A stretch of DNA of 32,773 nucleotides from Jimgerdemannia flammicorona (Eukaryota), in the NCBI GenBank assembly GCA_003990765.1, contig RBNJ01000334.1, positions 1 through 32,773 of the forward strand. The letters run 5' to 3'. The notes below the pieces were generated by a model. It did not search any database. It was not told where the DNA came from and saw only the letters and a list, made by a program, of their open reading frames with translations. Position 1 is the first letter of the stretch. Each line of letters begins with the position of its first letter. Both the position numbers and the translations under genes were made by a program. Shown here piece after piece: positions 21,631 through 32,773 of the stretch.

Positions 21631-22438
21631 AGAAATCAATGTCCTCGTTGATTGAGAAATTGAGAACCAGGGGAGAGAAAGGTGGGGAATCTTCCTCAGG
21701 GGCAGGGGGGATGGTTATTGCTGATGGCTCGCTGTCCAGGATGGAGAAGTCAATGAGATCTGCAAATGGTTCTTGTATTGGAATAGGTGCTAGTGTAGGG
21801 GTTCTCCATCTGATGCGGTTGGGGCCATCCAAGTAGGGCTCTTGATCTTCATGCCTGGGAATATCCATTCAGATAGGTGGTCCTTCAAAGAGGTCAGAGA
21901 GACCTTGGAGCCATTGGTCAGGGTTGTTATTCAGGAGGGGGCTCCAGTAGGGTTCATAGTCAGTAGACTTGAGGGCAATCCAGGAGTTGGCTTCTTGGGC
22001 AATCTTGACTTCTAGGGCATTAACCTCAGGGAAAGAGAGGTTCTGGAAGTCCTTCAGTTGTATGTAGTTGAGGTTGAGAATCATGAAGGGTACATAGCAC
22101 ATGATTTGATGGACCTTCTTGGCAAGTCTTTGCTCGTACCTGTCTATGTAAGTCCAGTCAGAGACTTGGTCTGTGGGCAGGTCCTTTGCCCATTGGAGGA
22201 GTTGATGGCCAATCTTGTATTCATGCCAGATTTCTAGGTGGCTGGTAGCAAGGTAGGCTCTTTCAATGACTTCACAGTAGTTGAGGACATAGTGTCCTAG
22301 GTTCTGACTAGAGAGGTTAAGGGCCTCTGAGCGGTGGTTCCTTCCTTGGATGGCAATCTGGATGTGTCCAAAGAGGCGGTCAACCTGGCTTGGGAGGGGC
22401 TGGCTGTGGCAGGCAGTTTGGCGGCAGGTGGTAGGCAT
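21629..22438 (-). CDS. Additional ORF of the chromovirus, 269 codons with one internal TGA; unknown function
   Basis: Track ORFs 21869-22438 and 21629-21868 are contiguous and in frame, separated by a single TGA (plausibly from CGA). It has the same sense as pol, its TAA overlaps the PPT, and a TATA box lies upstream. Confidence 0.72.
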
Positions 22439-22502
22439 TCTTGTCTTGTCTTTTCTTTGTGAGGAAAGGGGGATGAGAGTTGCGGAGTATTCTTGCCTTG
22501 GG

Positions 22503-22510
22503 TATTTATA
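22503..22510 (-). promoter_or_regulatory. Candidate internal TATA box for the additional ORF
   Basis: TATAAATA lies 65 bp upstream of ATG 22438 and is identical to the LTR TATA motif. Confidence 0.55.
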
Positions 22511-23080
22511 CTTATTCGCCCATCTGATGTGACCTTCCTTTGGTCACACTTTCTGGCAAAATGCATGACCTGTGCTGTAAGTGGAGCATATGCTGGTTAC
22601 ATGAGGAAATCCTGATTTCAAAGATCTCATCACCCGTCTGTGGTTACACAAGGTTAACAGGTCTTAGTCCACTTTTTTTTTGTCTGGCTGGCACATTTGC
22701 GAGGACTGGCCATCCTGTCTAGGGCGAGGGCTCCCATTGTCGCAGCTGGGGATTCAAACCTCTTGGAAATAGACTTTTCTTGTAATCTGAGGCAATTCTT
22801 TAGTAACAATATCTGTCATGTAGATGGACTTAGACTGGTTTCAACATTGTCAGCTTTCCTAAGTTTCACATGAAGCGTCCATCATCATCCAGCGGAGATG
22901 ACACAGATGGCGTGAAATGGAGTTGTTCAAATGTATTTTGCTTTATGGTACTAGATTGTTCTTTTGCTCGGATATCTTCTTGTTAGTTATCCATAGTGTT
23001 CCTTTTTTTGCAATGTTTGGCATTATATGTTTCTAGATAAAAATATGTGGTATCCTTCTGCTCACTGTGTGCTCCTATAC

Positions 23081-25861
23081 TTAGAGCTGTAGTTCCTTCC
23101 TTTGCTGGGGGGTGAGTGTTTCCATGTAGTCCTGAAGGGCTTCACATGCATTCTTCAGGACTTCTTCTTTTACCCAGGTGGCATCATGGGTGGGGTAACC
23201 CTTCCACTTGATCAGGAAAAAGTGCTTGACTGTTTCAGGATATTTGTGGACCTTGTGGTCAAGTACTTCCTCAATTTCGAATTCCTCATGATCATTGATC
23301 CTAATTGGGGGTGGTGGTGGAACTGTATGCTTGGGGAATGGGTTCTCATAGTAGTCCCTCAATTGGCTGATATGGAACACTGGGTGTACTCAGATATTGT
23401 GGGGAAGTTGCAACTTGTAGTTGACTTCGCTGATTTTTTCCATAATCTTGTATGGTCCAATTCTTCTAGCACAGAGTTTCTTGGCTGGTTGTTGTGCCAG
23501 GGTGTCTGGGTGGAGGTGGTCTGTTCTAAGCATGACCTTGTCACCAATATTGTAGGAGGCTTCTCTTCACTTCAAGTTTGCATACTTGGTCTGGTAGTCT
23601 TGTGCTTCTATGAGAGTATCTCTTGTCATTCGCATAAGGTCAGAAATGGTCTCGGCCAGATCTTGGGCTGCTGGGACTGCTGATTTCATAGTAGTACTAG
23701 GGGTTCTTGGGTGTTGACCATGGTTCAAGAAGAATGGAGTCTTCTTTGTGGAGGTTTGCTGACTGTTGTTGTAGGCAAACTCAGCATGGGCTAGGTACTT
23801 GTCCCAATCATTTTGCTTGTAACAGTAGAAGATACTAAGCATCTGTTTGAGAGTCCTGTTGGTTCGCTCGGTTTGACCATCAGTCTGAGGATGGTAGGCA
23901 GTAGAGAACTTCAGCTTGGTTCCATGGAGGGAGAAAAATGCCTTCCAGAAGTTGCTTGTGAACTTGGTATCTCAGTCAGATACAATGGTGCTAGGCATGC
24001 CATGTAGCCTGAATACTTGGTTGAGGAAGATCTCGGCAATCTCTGGTGCTGTAGCAGTGGTCTTGGTGGGTGCAAAATGGACTTGTTTACTTAGGCGGTC
24101 CATGAATACCACGATGGCATCTCATCCTACCTTGGTCTTGGGGAGTTGGACAATGAAGTCCATTGCAATCTGGTCCCAATTGTGACTCGGGATAGGCAAG
24201 GGTTGCAGGAGTCCTGCTGGTAGCTTGTTACCACTTTTGAACCTTTGGCACATCTCACATGAGGCCACAAAGTCTTTGATATCCTTGGTCATCTTTGGCC
24301 AGTAGAACTCTCTTGAGAGGAGGTTGTAGATCTTTTCAAAACCAAAGTGTCCTGCTGCAGGGGTATCATGGAGTTCCTGCATGATTTTGAGTCGCAGAGT
24401 ATCATTGTTGGGTACAACCACTCTGTCATGGTCCCTGTAAATAAGTCCATCATGGTAGGTGAATCTCTTGGCCATTTGCCTCATGGGTTCTGGAATCTCG
24501 GCCTCTGGATCTTGGCAGAACTGAAGGAAATTCATCAGTGGGCTGTCTTGCTGGTAGCCATCTTTGATCATTTGGGTAAGGTCTCCAATTACTTCGACCA
24601 TGAAGACAAGTTCATCTTCCATGTACCTGGAGAAACCATCAGCCACACAGTTGGTTTTGCCTGGGATATACTTGATTTCTATATCAAAGTTGGCAATGAT
24701 TTCATCCAGCAGACTTGTCTGTGGGTCAGCATGGGCTGTGTGTGAATATACCACAGTGTATGGTGATCAGTGTAGGCCACAAATGGCTATCCTAGGAGGA
24801 AATGGCGCCATTCCTGGAGTGCAGTGACAATAGCCAGGAGTTCCTTCTCATGGGTGGTATACCGGATCTCAGCTGGCTTGAGCTTCTGTGAAAGGTAGAC
24901 CACTGGGCAGTCTTCTTGGCTGAGTACTGCTCCAATAGCAATGTCAGAGGCATCTGTAGTCAGAGTTAATGGTCTGGTAGGATCAGGTGCAATTAGCACT
25001 GGGGCCTCAGTAAGGAGTCTCTTGAGATGGTCCTAAGCCAGGGTACATTCAGGGGTCCATTCAGCTTTGATGTTTACTCCTTTATGGGCCAGGCTAGTCA
25101 ATGGGGCTGCAATAGCAGAGTATCCTTGGATAAACCTTTGGTAATAACCAGCAATACTCAGAAAGCATTGGAGTAGCTTGAGGGTAGTGGAAATAGAGAT
25201 ATCCTTAAGGGCTGATACTTTTCGGGGGTCCATGTTGATACCTTCAGCAGAGATGATATATCCTAAGTACTCAATCTGGTCTTGGTAGAACTTATACTTA
25301 CTCATTTTGGCATAGAGCTGGTGTTCTCGCAGAAGGATCAGTACTTGTCTAAGGTGGGTATAGTATAGCTCTACTGTTTTGCTGTAGATTAGTATATCAT
25401 CAATATACACAAGGACACAGATGTTGAGGAGTGGTCCAAAGATGTCATTCATCAGATACTGGAATGTTGCTGGTGCATTGGTCAATCCAAAAGGCATGAC
25501 TTGGAACTGGTAGTGTCCAAACCATGTTCAGAAAGCTGTCTTCTCAATGTCCTTCTCATCAATGAGAATCTGGTGATAGCCATTTCACAAATCCATTAGA
25601 GAAAAGGTCTTGGCCTTGAAGATTTGGTGTAGCAACTCATCAATCCTGGGCAAGGCATACTGATTCTTGATAGTGATCTTATTGAGGGCTCTGTAGTCAA
25701 TACACATTCGTAGAGAGCCATCCTTCTTCTTGACAAATAGAATGGGGGCTCCAAATAGAGAGTGGCTGGGTTCAATGTACCCTTGGGCCAGTAGTTTGGT
25801 CAATTCATCCTTGAGGGTCTTGAGCTCAGGTTGAGCCAGTTGATAGATACTCTTGTATGGG
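23081..25861 (-). pseudogene. Chromovirus pol (RT, RNase H, integrase, chromodomain), multiple stops
   Basis: [90 protein letters not shown], and EFEIEEVLDH..FLIKWKGYPTHDATW. Confidence 0.95.
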
Positions 25862-25964
25862 CATCTCTCTCCACTACAATTCACATTACACACACTTTAC
25901 AACATACTTTTGAATCGTTTATTGGAGAAAGATATTAAGGAGATATCAACCAGCAAGTGAGCCA

Positions 25965-27977
25965 ATGCATGTCCTAGGTCGGGTGGACCTGGGGCCTTCA
26001 ACTGGCAGCATGTCGGGAGAGGGTATGGACTGGAGATGGGGTCTTTTGGTGGGTCGAGTGGACTGGGCAGCTCAGGGGGTAGAGGAGGCACTGGTGGGGG
26101 GGCTGGAGGGCAGCAGGGAGGGAGCTTTGTGGATGCACTTAAGGCTGGGGGTTGGCCAAGGAGTGCCCACAGTGGACAGGCAGGAGGAAAGGGGAAGCAG
26201 AAGATGGGCGATGCTGGGGGAGCTGGGCCTTTACTGGAGGGAGGTAGAAGGAGTGGAGTAGTGGCTGGGGGTAGTGGTGGGACTGCTGATGGTAGTGTGA
26301 CAGTCAATCAGGAAAAAAAAAGAGATGTGATGGCTGATGGTCAGGGGGGGCAGGGGCTCCCAATGAGGAAGGGGGACCTGGCTGATGGTGTAACGGGCCT
26401 GGCGGTGGCCCCATTGCTCAAGAAGTCAATCTCAGAGTTTGTGGCTACCTTGTGCTTCCGGGGCTTGGCGGTGATGGCAAGGATGGTCCTGGGGCTTATC
26501 TCGTGACAGGTGACTGGTGCGGCCTCAGTGAAGTTCTTGAAGGGCATGGAGGGGGGTTGAGGTGGGCTTTGAGGAGGCTGGCCTACTGGATGAGGCCATG
26601 AAGACAGGAGTGGTGGTTGGGGAGGTGGTGGTCCCCATGGTAAGGTGCTTGAGGTGGGACTCCAGAGTGGTGCAGCTTCTGGTGAGGGGGGTGCCCATGG
26701 TGACTAAGGAGGAGACTAGGAGGAGGGTGGAGGAGGTGATGGTGGAGTATGGAGACATGGTGGACATTGGATTTCAGTTGTGGGAGGAGACAACTATCAG
26801 GACAGGTGACGTTGATGTCAGGATTCGGTTGGCAGGGAAGGAGGCCATAGGGAAGATGAGTGACTGGCCCTCGGTACTGATGTGGGGGGCTGTCATCTGC
26901 AAGGTGTCAAGGGTGAAGGGGAGCGAAGAGGAGGAGAAGGACTTGTTGGAGGTACTAGAGGAGTTGGGTGGTGCTGTGGAGAGGAGGGCGAAGACCTGGA
27001 AACTGTATGAGGAATCGATGTATCTGGAGGTTGTGGGTGGGAGGCGTATCTGTATGGATAAGAAGCAGTGGGAGTGGATCCAGGGATGCAAGAGGCAGAA
27101 GGAGCTGTTGGCAGGTATGATAGGTGGGGGGAAGACGAAGTTGGGTAGAGCTGAGGAGTCTGGAGGTGCTGAGGCCAGTGTCTGGGCTGGTAAAGGAGGA
27201 GAGGAGGTTGATGCGACAGAGGCTGGGGCTGGGAAGGGGCTGGACAAGGACCCATTTGCCAATGGTACCTTTGAAGTGTGGGAGCCAGAGTTGGATGCCA
27301 CCCCCCCCCTACTTATCAGGAGGGGCCCAGTGGGAAAGAGAGGGAGGATGGAGGATACATGGATGCAGGGGGCCTAGCAGGTGCACTTTGGGGTCCCTGA
27401 TGTGGCTCAAGGGGGTCAGGTGGTGGCAGTTGGTGAGGATGAGCTGGTGGATGTCCCTGAGGAGGAGTGGGATGAGGCTGCTAGTGTAGGAGCTGACACC
27501 ATGATGTTGGATGCAGGGTGACCAGGGACTCCGGGAGGGAAGGAGGTGGGGAACTTGTTGTGGGTACACAAGGTGATGGATAACCTCGCAGCAGAAGCAT
27601 TGGGGGAGGTAGACCTGTGGGTGATGCCTGAGGAGCATTGGGCAAGGATCCTGCATGGGGATGGAATGGTGGAGGTACTGAAGATGGAGATTCTGGTGAT
27701 TTTGCTGGAGGAGGAGGGATATGAGGTTGATGAGGTGAGGAAGGCAGAGCTGGGGGTAGTTGCCACTGAGCAGGAAGACTACTGTTGGGCAGAGTGTTGG
27801 GGTCTGCAGCTCTGGCAGGAGGCATGTCTGGAGTATCGTGAGGATTTTGAGGAGCATGAGGATGGGGCAATGGTAGAACTTCTGGGAGAGTTGGAGGCAT
27901 GGGAAGCTGGGGAGAGGGAACTGGCTGCTGAACTTAACTTAGACTTGGTGCAGGAGAGGCAGGATGCCAACTTATAG
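25965..27977 (+). pseudogene. LINE ORF1 (Gly-rich N-terminus, RRM-like core, acidic C-terminal region)
   Basis: Track ORFs 26036-26506, 26562-27377 and 27546-27977. The segment VQLLVRGVP...YGDMVDI...RTGDVDVRIRL...WPSVL is typical of L1/Tx1 ORF1. The start position is uncertain. Confidence 0.78.
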
Positions 27978-28007
27978 GATGGGCTCTGATATATATAATT
28001 ATTCTTT

Positions 28008-31000
28008 ATGAACAGTACAACCAACATTTTTTCCTTAAATGTAAATGGTCTAAGGGGATCTGGGCAGTGTAGGAACATTTTTACTTGGCTCAAGGGATTA
28101 GAGGCTGATCTTTTTTTATTGTAGGATGTTCGATGTGAGGATGAGGATGATCGGGCAGAGTGGACTAGGGAGTGGGGGGGGGCTGCTGCTTGGTTTGGAA
28201 AGGTAGCAATTCTGATAAGGAAGGGTAGAGGAGAGTTGGGGGGAATCAGGAGCTGGGGCAATTGCTTGGTCTGGGGAGATTGGCATTGGCCAAGGTGGGA
28301 ATTGGTGAAGGTGGGCTCTTGCTACTGCCCTGCAGCTAGGGGTGAGAGGATTGCATGGATTAGGGGATTACTGGAGGAGGGTATTCGATTGGAGGAAGGG
28401 GTCGATGTTCTCGGTGGGAACTTTAATATGGTTCAGGATCAGCATCTGGACAGAACTGATGGAGGGAGGAGTGCCGGGAGTAGAAGTGGAGGTCTGGATG
28501 CATGGGAGGAGGTGGAGACATTGAGCTCCTTGGGAGATATGGGCAGAACAAGGTGGGGTGATGCCAGGGTTTACATGTATTGGGTGAATGGCCTGGGCAC
28601 AAGGATTGACTGGATTCTGATGGCGGAGTGCTGGGGTTCGGATGTTTGGAAGGCATTGAAAGTAGAGTGGTGCCCATGGTCTGATCACTGGGGACTATTG
28701 GGGCAGGGGCAGTTTGGGGAGAGTGGAGATGGACCCGGACATTGGTGCCTTAACTCCTCCCTGCTGGCTGAGAAGGGGCTGTGGGAACTGTGGGTGAAGG
28801 ACATTCAGGCAAAAGTTTTTATCTGGAAGCAGGAGGGTTTGCCTGTGGCTGTCCGCTAGATGAGGTTGAAAGAGGCTGCAAGGGTTTATTGGGGTAGAGA
28901 GACTGGGAGGCAGAGAAGGAGGTGCACGAGGTGTACTTCCAGCAGGCTGAGGAGACTACAATCAGATTGGGCAGATTTGCTCGCTGTTGTAGGGGTGGAG
29001 GATTAGAGGATAGAGAGAGCAAAATTGGAGATAGTGGAACTACAACAGGTGCTAAGGGAAGAGGAGGAGACACATATGTGGGGCATGGCTGCTAGGCTGT
29101 GGTGGCAGGGGCTTGAGGAGGGTGAGTGGCCTACTAGGTACTTATCAAGACTTCTCAAAGCTAGGAGAGTATGTCATCAGTGGGAGGGGGTCCTGGATGC
29201 TGATGAGGACATGGTTCATGGCACACAATAAATCCTGGGGGTCTTGAAGGAGAGATGGCAGGGTTTGTGGAGTGAGGGAGAAGGGGGGGCAGATGAGGCA
29301 GAGATTATGGATACACTAGATGAGTGGGGGCCACCGCAGGTTGCTGGACTGGAGGACTTGATTTTACCGATGCAGGGGGAGGAGATCCAGAGTGTCCTGG
29401 CAGCCACTAAGCTTGGGCCGGCGCCAGGGGAGGATGGATTGCCTTGGGACTTCTGGAAGAAGATGGTAAATATCCCTGGAGTGTTGGGTGAGATGGCTGA
29501 TCTTTGTAACCATGTCCTTCGGAGTGGTGAGTGGGTTGGAGAGCAGGATCTGGGGCTGGTGGCCTTACTGTACAAAGACAAGGGGAGGAGGGAAGACTAG
29601 AAGAACTGGAGGCTGATCATGCTTCTGGATATGGACAGGAAGATGGTGACTAAGGTGATTGTTGCAAGGCTGCAGAAGGTTGCCCAACAGGTGCTGGGGG
29701 AAGAGCAGAGGGGCTTTGTTGGGGGCAGGCTAATATGAGATGAGACTGCATGGGTTCATGGTATCATTGAAGGGGCCCAGGCCTGTGGACTGGATGGAAG
29801 GTTGGTCTTTCTAGACCAGGAGAAGGCCTATGACCATATACAGTAGGTGTGGCTGGGAAAAGTGTTGGACCGAATTGGTGTTCCCCCAATATTTAGGGCC
29901 TCTATGTTGAGTCTGCTGGAAAGTAGTCGGGCAGCTCTGACGTATAATGGTCACCGTGGGAGGGCATTTCCCTTGGGAAGAGGAGTACCTCAGGGGGACC
30001 CTCTATCCTCGATTCTCTATGCCCTGTCACTGGAGCCATTGATGGATAGAATTCGCCAGAAGGTAGCAGGGCTCTCTATATATGGTATAGTGTGGAAGGT
30101 GGGGGCCTTTGCTGATGATATAGTGGTTGGACTTGGGTCTGTGGCAGATGTTGAGGCACTTCAGGAGACTGTGGAATGGTACATATGAGGCTTACTCAGG
30201 GGTGAAAATCAACTGGTATAAGTGTGAGACAATGGTGCTAGGGAATGGGCTAGTGGGTGGGGACGTCATTAGAACAATTGTCCCTACTGGTGAAGTGGTG
30301 CAGTATCTGGGCATCTTCCTCTCTGTATATGGTTCTGTCTTGCCACGAGTGTGGTGGGAGGGCAGGGTGAATAGTTGGGGGGAGGCCCTTCGAGGATGGG
30401 GAGGCCGCCATATCTCTCTAGCAGAGCGAGTGTCGATCCCGAATGTATATTAGTTCCCGAAGCTGTGGTATGTGGCATATCACCTCGACTTCCTGGTGTG
30501 GGTGGTGAAAAAGCTGACAAAGGTGGCTAGAGATTGGATTTGGGTGGGGAGGAGGTCCCAGGTCAGTTGGGATACTCTTGCGAGTCCAGTAGTCAGGGGA
30601 GGTCTTGGTCTGGTGGATTTCCCTAAGAGGTTGCACTGCTTGAGAGCCTGGTGGTTGAAGAGAGCTGTGGAACTGCAGGGTGGAGGTTGGGTGCCTCTGC
30701 TACAGAAGGTATGGGAGATGCGAACATCCCCCTGAGGGTTCTCTGGAGATCTGCTCTCTTTGGTAGGGCTGAATGGAGTTCGGAGGCTATGGTTCAAGGG
30801 CTTTTGGTGGGGAGTGGCCGATGGAGCACACCGAATTGGCCTGCAATGGCAAGGTGACAAGGGGGAGGTGGCGTGGGGGCCTAATATGTGGCATTGGGAT
30901 AGACTGCTCCTGGGGGGTACTCTACTGACTGCGTTCGATATTGGGGAGAGAGTGGAGTGTCAGTGGGGGCTTGGCCAGGATCTTTGGCCGAGTAGCTGGC

Positions 31001-31690
31001 AGGCAGTTGGAATTGGAGAGGAGTGGGATTGGGCAGGCATCTGATCTTGGAGTGCTGAGGTATGGAGGTGGCTTCCTCCCAAGTTCTGGGTGGTATGGTG
31101 GCGAATGCTGCAGAGGAATGTCATGCTGAATTTCCACTCGGGGTATTTAGTAGAGGGTGGACAATTTGACTGCGAGGAGTGTTATAGTGTTGGGCAGGCT
31201 GGGGGTCATATACAGACACCGGAATATTGGCTGGGAGAGTGTGAGGTCTTGGGGGAATTTTGGGCTGAGATAGGGGATAGACTGGGTGTGGGGCATCAGT
31301 GGGTGGGGGAGGGGGATCGCTGGGAAGACTTAAGATCTCGGCTTGTAGGTGGGGTGGCAGATAGTTGGCTCACTGTAGGATGGGTGTTAGCAGTATGGGT
31401 GGGACTGGTGGGCCATTGGTTTTTTGTATTTGAAGAGGGGCAGTGGTTGAGGCTATGTGAGAAGGTGTTAAGGTGAGAGAAGCTGGTGGGGGATCTGCTG
31501 ACCAGATGGTGGGTGGGTTGGAGTCCTCAGGGAGGATGACGTCATGGTTTGGTGATGAAGATCTGTAAGCAGAGTGGTGGGAGGGTGGGGATGGTGTTCG
31601 ACAAAGTGGTCTTTCACAGGGAAGGGGTAGGGGGGGGGGGGGCCCCTAGGGGGATTGGATAGGAGGTGGGATCATTGTAATTATATAGGA
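28008..31690 (+). pseudogene. LINE ORF2 (APE endonuclease-RT-zinc finger)
   Basis: MNSTTNIFSLNVNGL at 28008; then CYCPA, GGNFN, TRIDW, WSDH, APGEDGLP, FLDQEKAYD, GVPQGDPLS, AFADD, YLG, GGLGL and CEEC...C. The end is approximate. Confidence 0.92.
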
Positions 31691-31736
31691 TAGATGGGTA
31701 TTAATAAAGAAAGAGAGTCCAAGTGACTATAAAAAA

Positions 31737-32207
31737 GAGGATCCTGCAAGGAGATGGAGTGGTGGCAGCATTGAAGACAGAAATTCTGGTAGTATACTTG
31801 GAGAAGGAGGAATATGAGGTAGATAAGGAGAGGGAAGCTGCTCTGGCAGTTGTAGCGGGTGAGTGGGCTGCCCACTGTTGGACTGAGAGATATAGACTGC
31901 AGATCTGGCAGGAGGCTTATTTAGAGTACCATGAGGAGTTTGAGAAAAAGGAGGATGGGGAGATGGCAGAAATCTTGGCTAAATTGGAGGCTAAGAGGAC
32001 CGAGGAGGCAGAAGCTATTGCTGAGCACAACCTGGATAGGGCATAGGAGGAAGTGGACATGGAGCAGTAAAAGGACACATCTGAAACTATATAATTTCTC
32101 TTATGAATAGTACAACCAACATTTTTTCTTTGAATATGAATGGGTTATAGGACACTTATCAACATAAGAACATTTTTACTTGGCTGAAAGGATTGAAGGC
32201 TGATCTC
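31737..32207 (+). mobile_element. LINE copy C fragment (end of ORF1, start of ORF2), 5'-truncated and interrupted by SINE-like copy B
   Basis: RILQGDGVVAALKTEILVVYLEKEEYEVD matches copy B RILHGDGMVEVLKMEILVILLEEEGYEVD. ORF2 starts at 32103 with MNSTTNIFSLNMNGL*...WLKGLKADL. Confidence 0.88.
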
Positions 32208-32773
32208 CAGCCTCCTTTCTCCGCTACCTTACCGGTCACAAGGTTTGGTAGGCAACCTTCCGAGTTCCCTTTCCCCTATTATTACCCCCTCTACCTCGGG
32301 TTGGTTTGCTGTGCCTACATGGGCATGGTTGGAGGAGGGCAATGGTGATGAGTTGCCCCTTTATCGGTGTCCAATCGGTGTCTTCTCCACTTTTTCGCGG
32401 TTTCTGGTGTCTTCGGCTGCATCTGGAGTGCATCCGTTTTGGTGCGGCGCCTTCTTCCTTTTGCCGTCGTCAACAAGGTGCTGTCTTGGTGTGTCTCGGG
32501 CTACGTAGGGAGTCGGCCGACCTTGGGCGTCAAGTGCTCAGTGTAGGTTACCTGCAGGTCCTTGGTGCCTGTGGTGGGGCCCTCTGGCTTTGGCGAGCTT
32601 CCCGGCGAGCGCGGTTCTGGCGTAGGTGACTGCTTTTCGGGTGATATCGGGATGGGAGGGGAGATGGCCGTCACAGATAGGAGGAAGGGCGATTACGGTG
32701 AACCAGTGGGGTGCCAGGCTGGGGGCGGTCGTCGGGGTTGGGGCGGACAATATTTCGGTGGGGCCTTTCGATT
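32208..32773 (+). mobile_element. Non-autonomous SINE-like retroelement, copy B (5' part; runs off the window)
   Basis: Colinear with the reverse complement of ~12180-12741. It starts at the same ctcctttctc(c/t)gctaccttacc and retains more CpGs than copy A. Confidence 0.92.

Larger units (their letters stand above)
20810..25861 (-). mobile_element. Ty3/Gypsy chromovirus, 3' half (RT-RNaseH-IN-chromodomain, extra ORF, PPT, 3' LTR); 5' part displaced by LINE insertion
   Basis: Gypsy domain order on the minus strand, with the PPT abutting an LTR that has TGTAATA...TATTACA termini. The sequence switches to LINE at 25862. Confidence 0.95.
25862..31736 (+). mobile_element. L1/Tx1-clade non-LTR retrotransposon, copy B (apparently full length, ~5.9 kb, decayed)
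   Basis: Pyrimidine-rich 5' UTR, ORF1, a 30-nt spacer, ORF2 (EN-RT-zinc finger), then AATAAA (31703-31708), AGTC-caagt-GACT hairpin and A6 (31731-31736). Confidence 0.93.

Noticed and set aside
21629..22438. env gene of an endogenous retrovirus
   Set aside because: No signal peptide, transmembrane helix or cleavage/fusion motif is visible.

Overview
Eukaryotic, transposon-dominated genomic DNA with GT-AG introns. It is most likely fungal; the gene and TE types suggest an early-diverging lineage such as Mucoromycota, but this is inference only. About three quarters of the window is nested, decayed mobile DNA. It holds three copies of a G-rich L1/Tx1-clade LINE family, a hypermutated Ty3/Gypsy relic carrying a dUTPase, and a chromovirus with its 3' LTR, PPT and an extra TATA-preceded ORF. 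It also holds two copies of a ~1.2-kb non-coding SINE-like retroelement, a palindromic foldback element, a TA-flanked MITE and a 9-bp tandem array. Three host loci sit in CpG-retaining islands, and the ORF track captures none of them correctly. They are a two-exon gene for an 81-aa secreted 8-cysteine peptide, an intact three-exon EEP/sphingomyelinase-like gene, and an intron-containing pseudogene of a LodB/GoxB-like flavoprotein. Repeats show pervasive C>T/G>A transitions, both at CpG and beyond it (RIP-like). All homology calls come from motifs read by eye; no searches were run.
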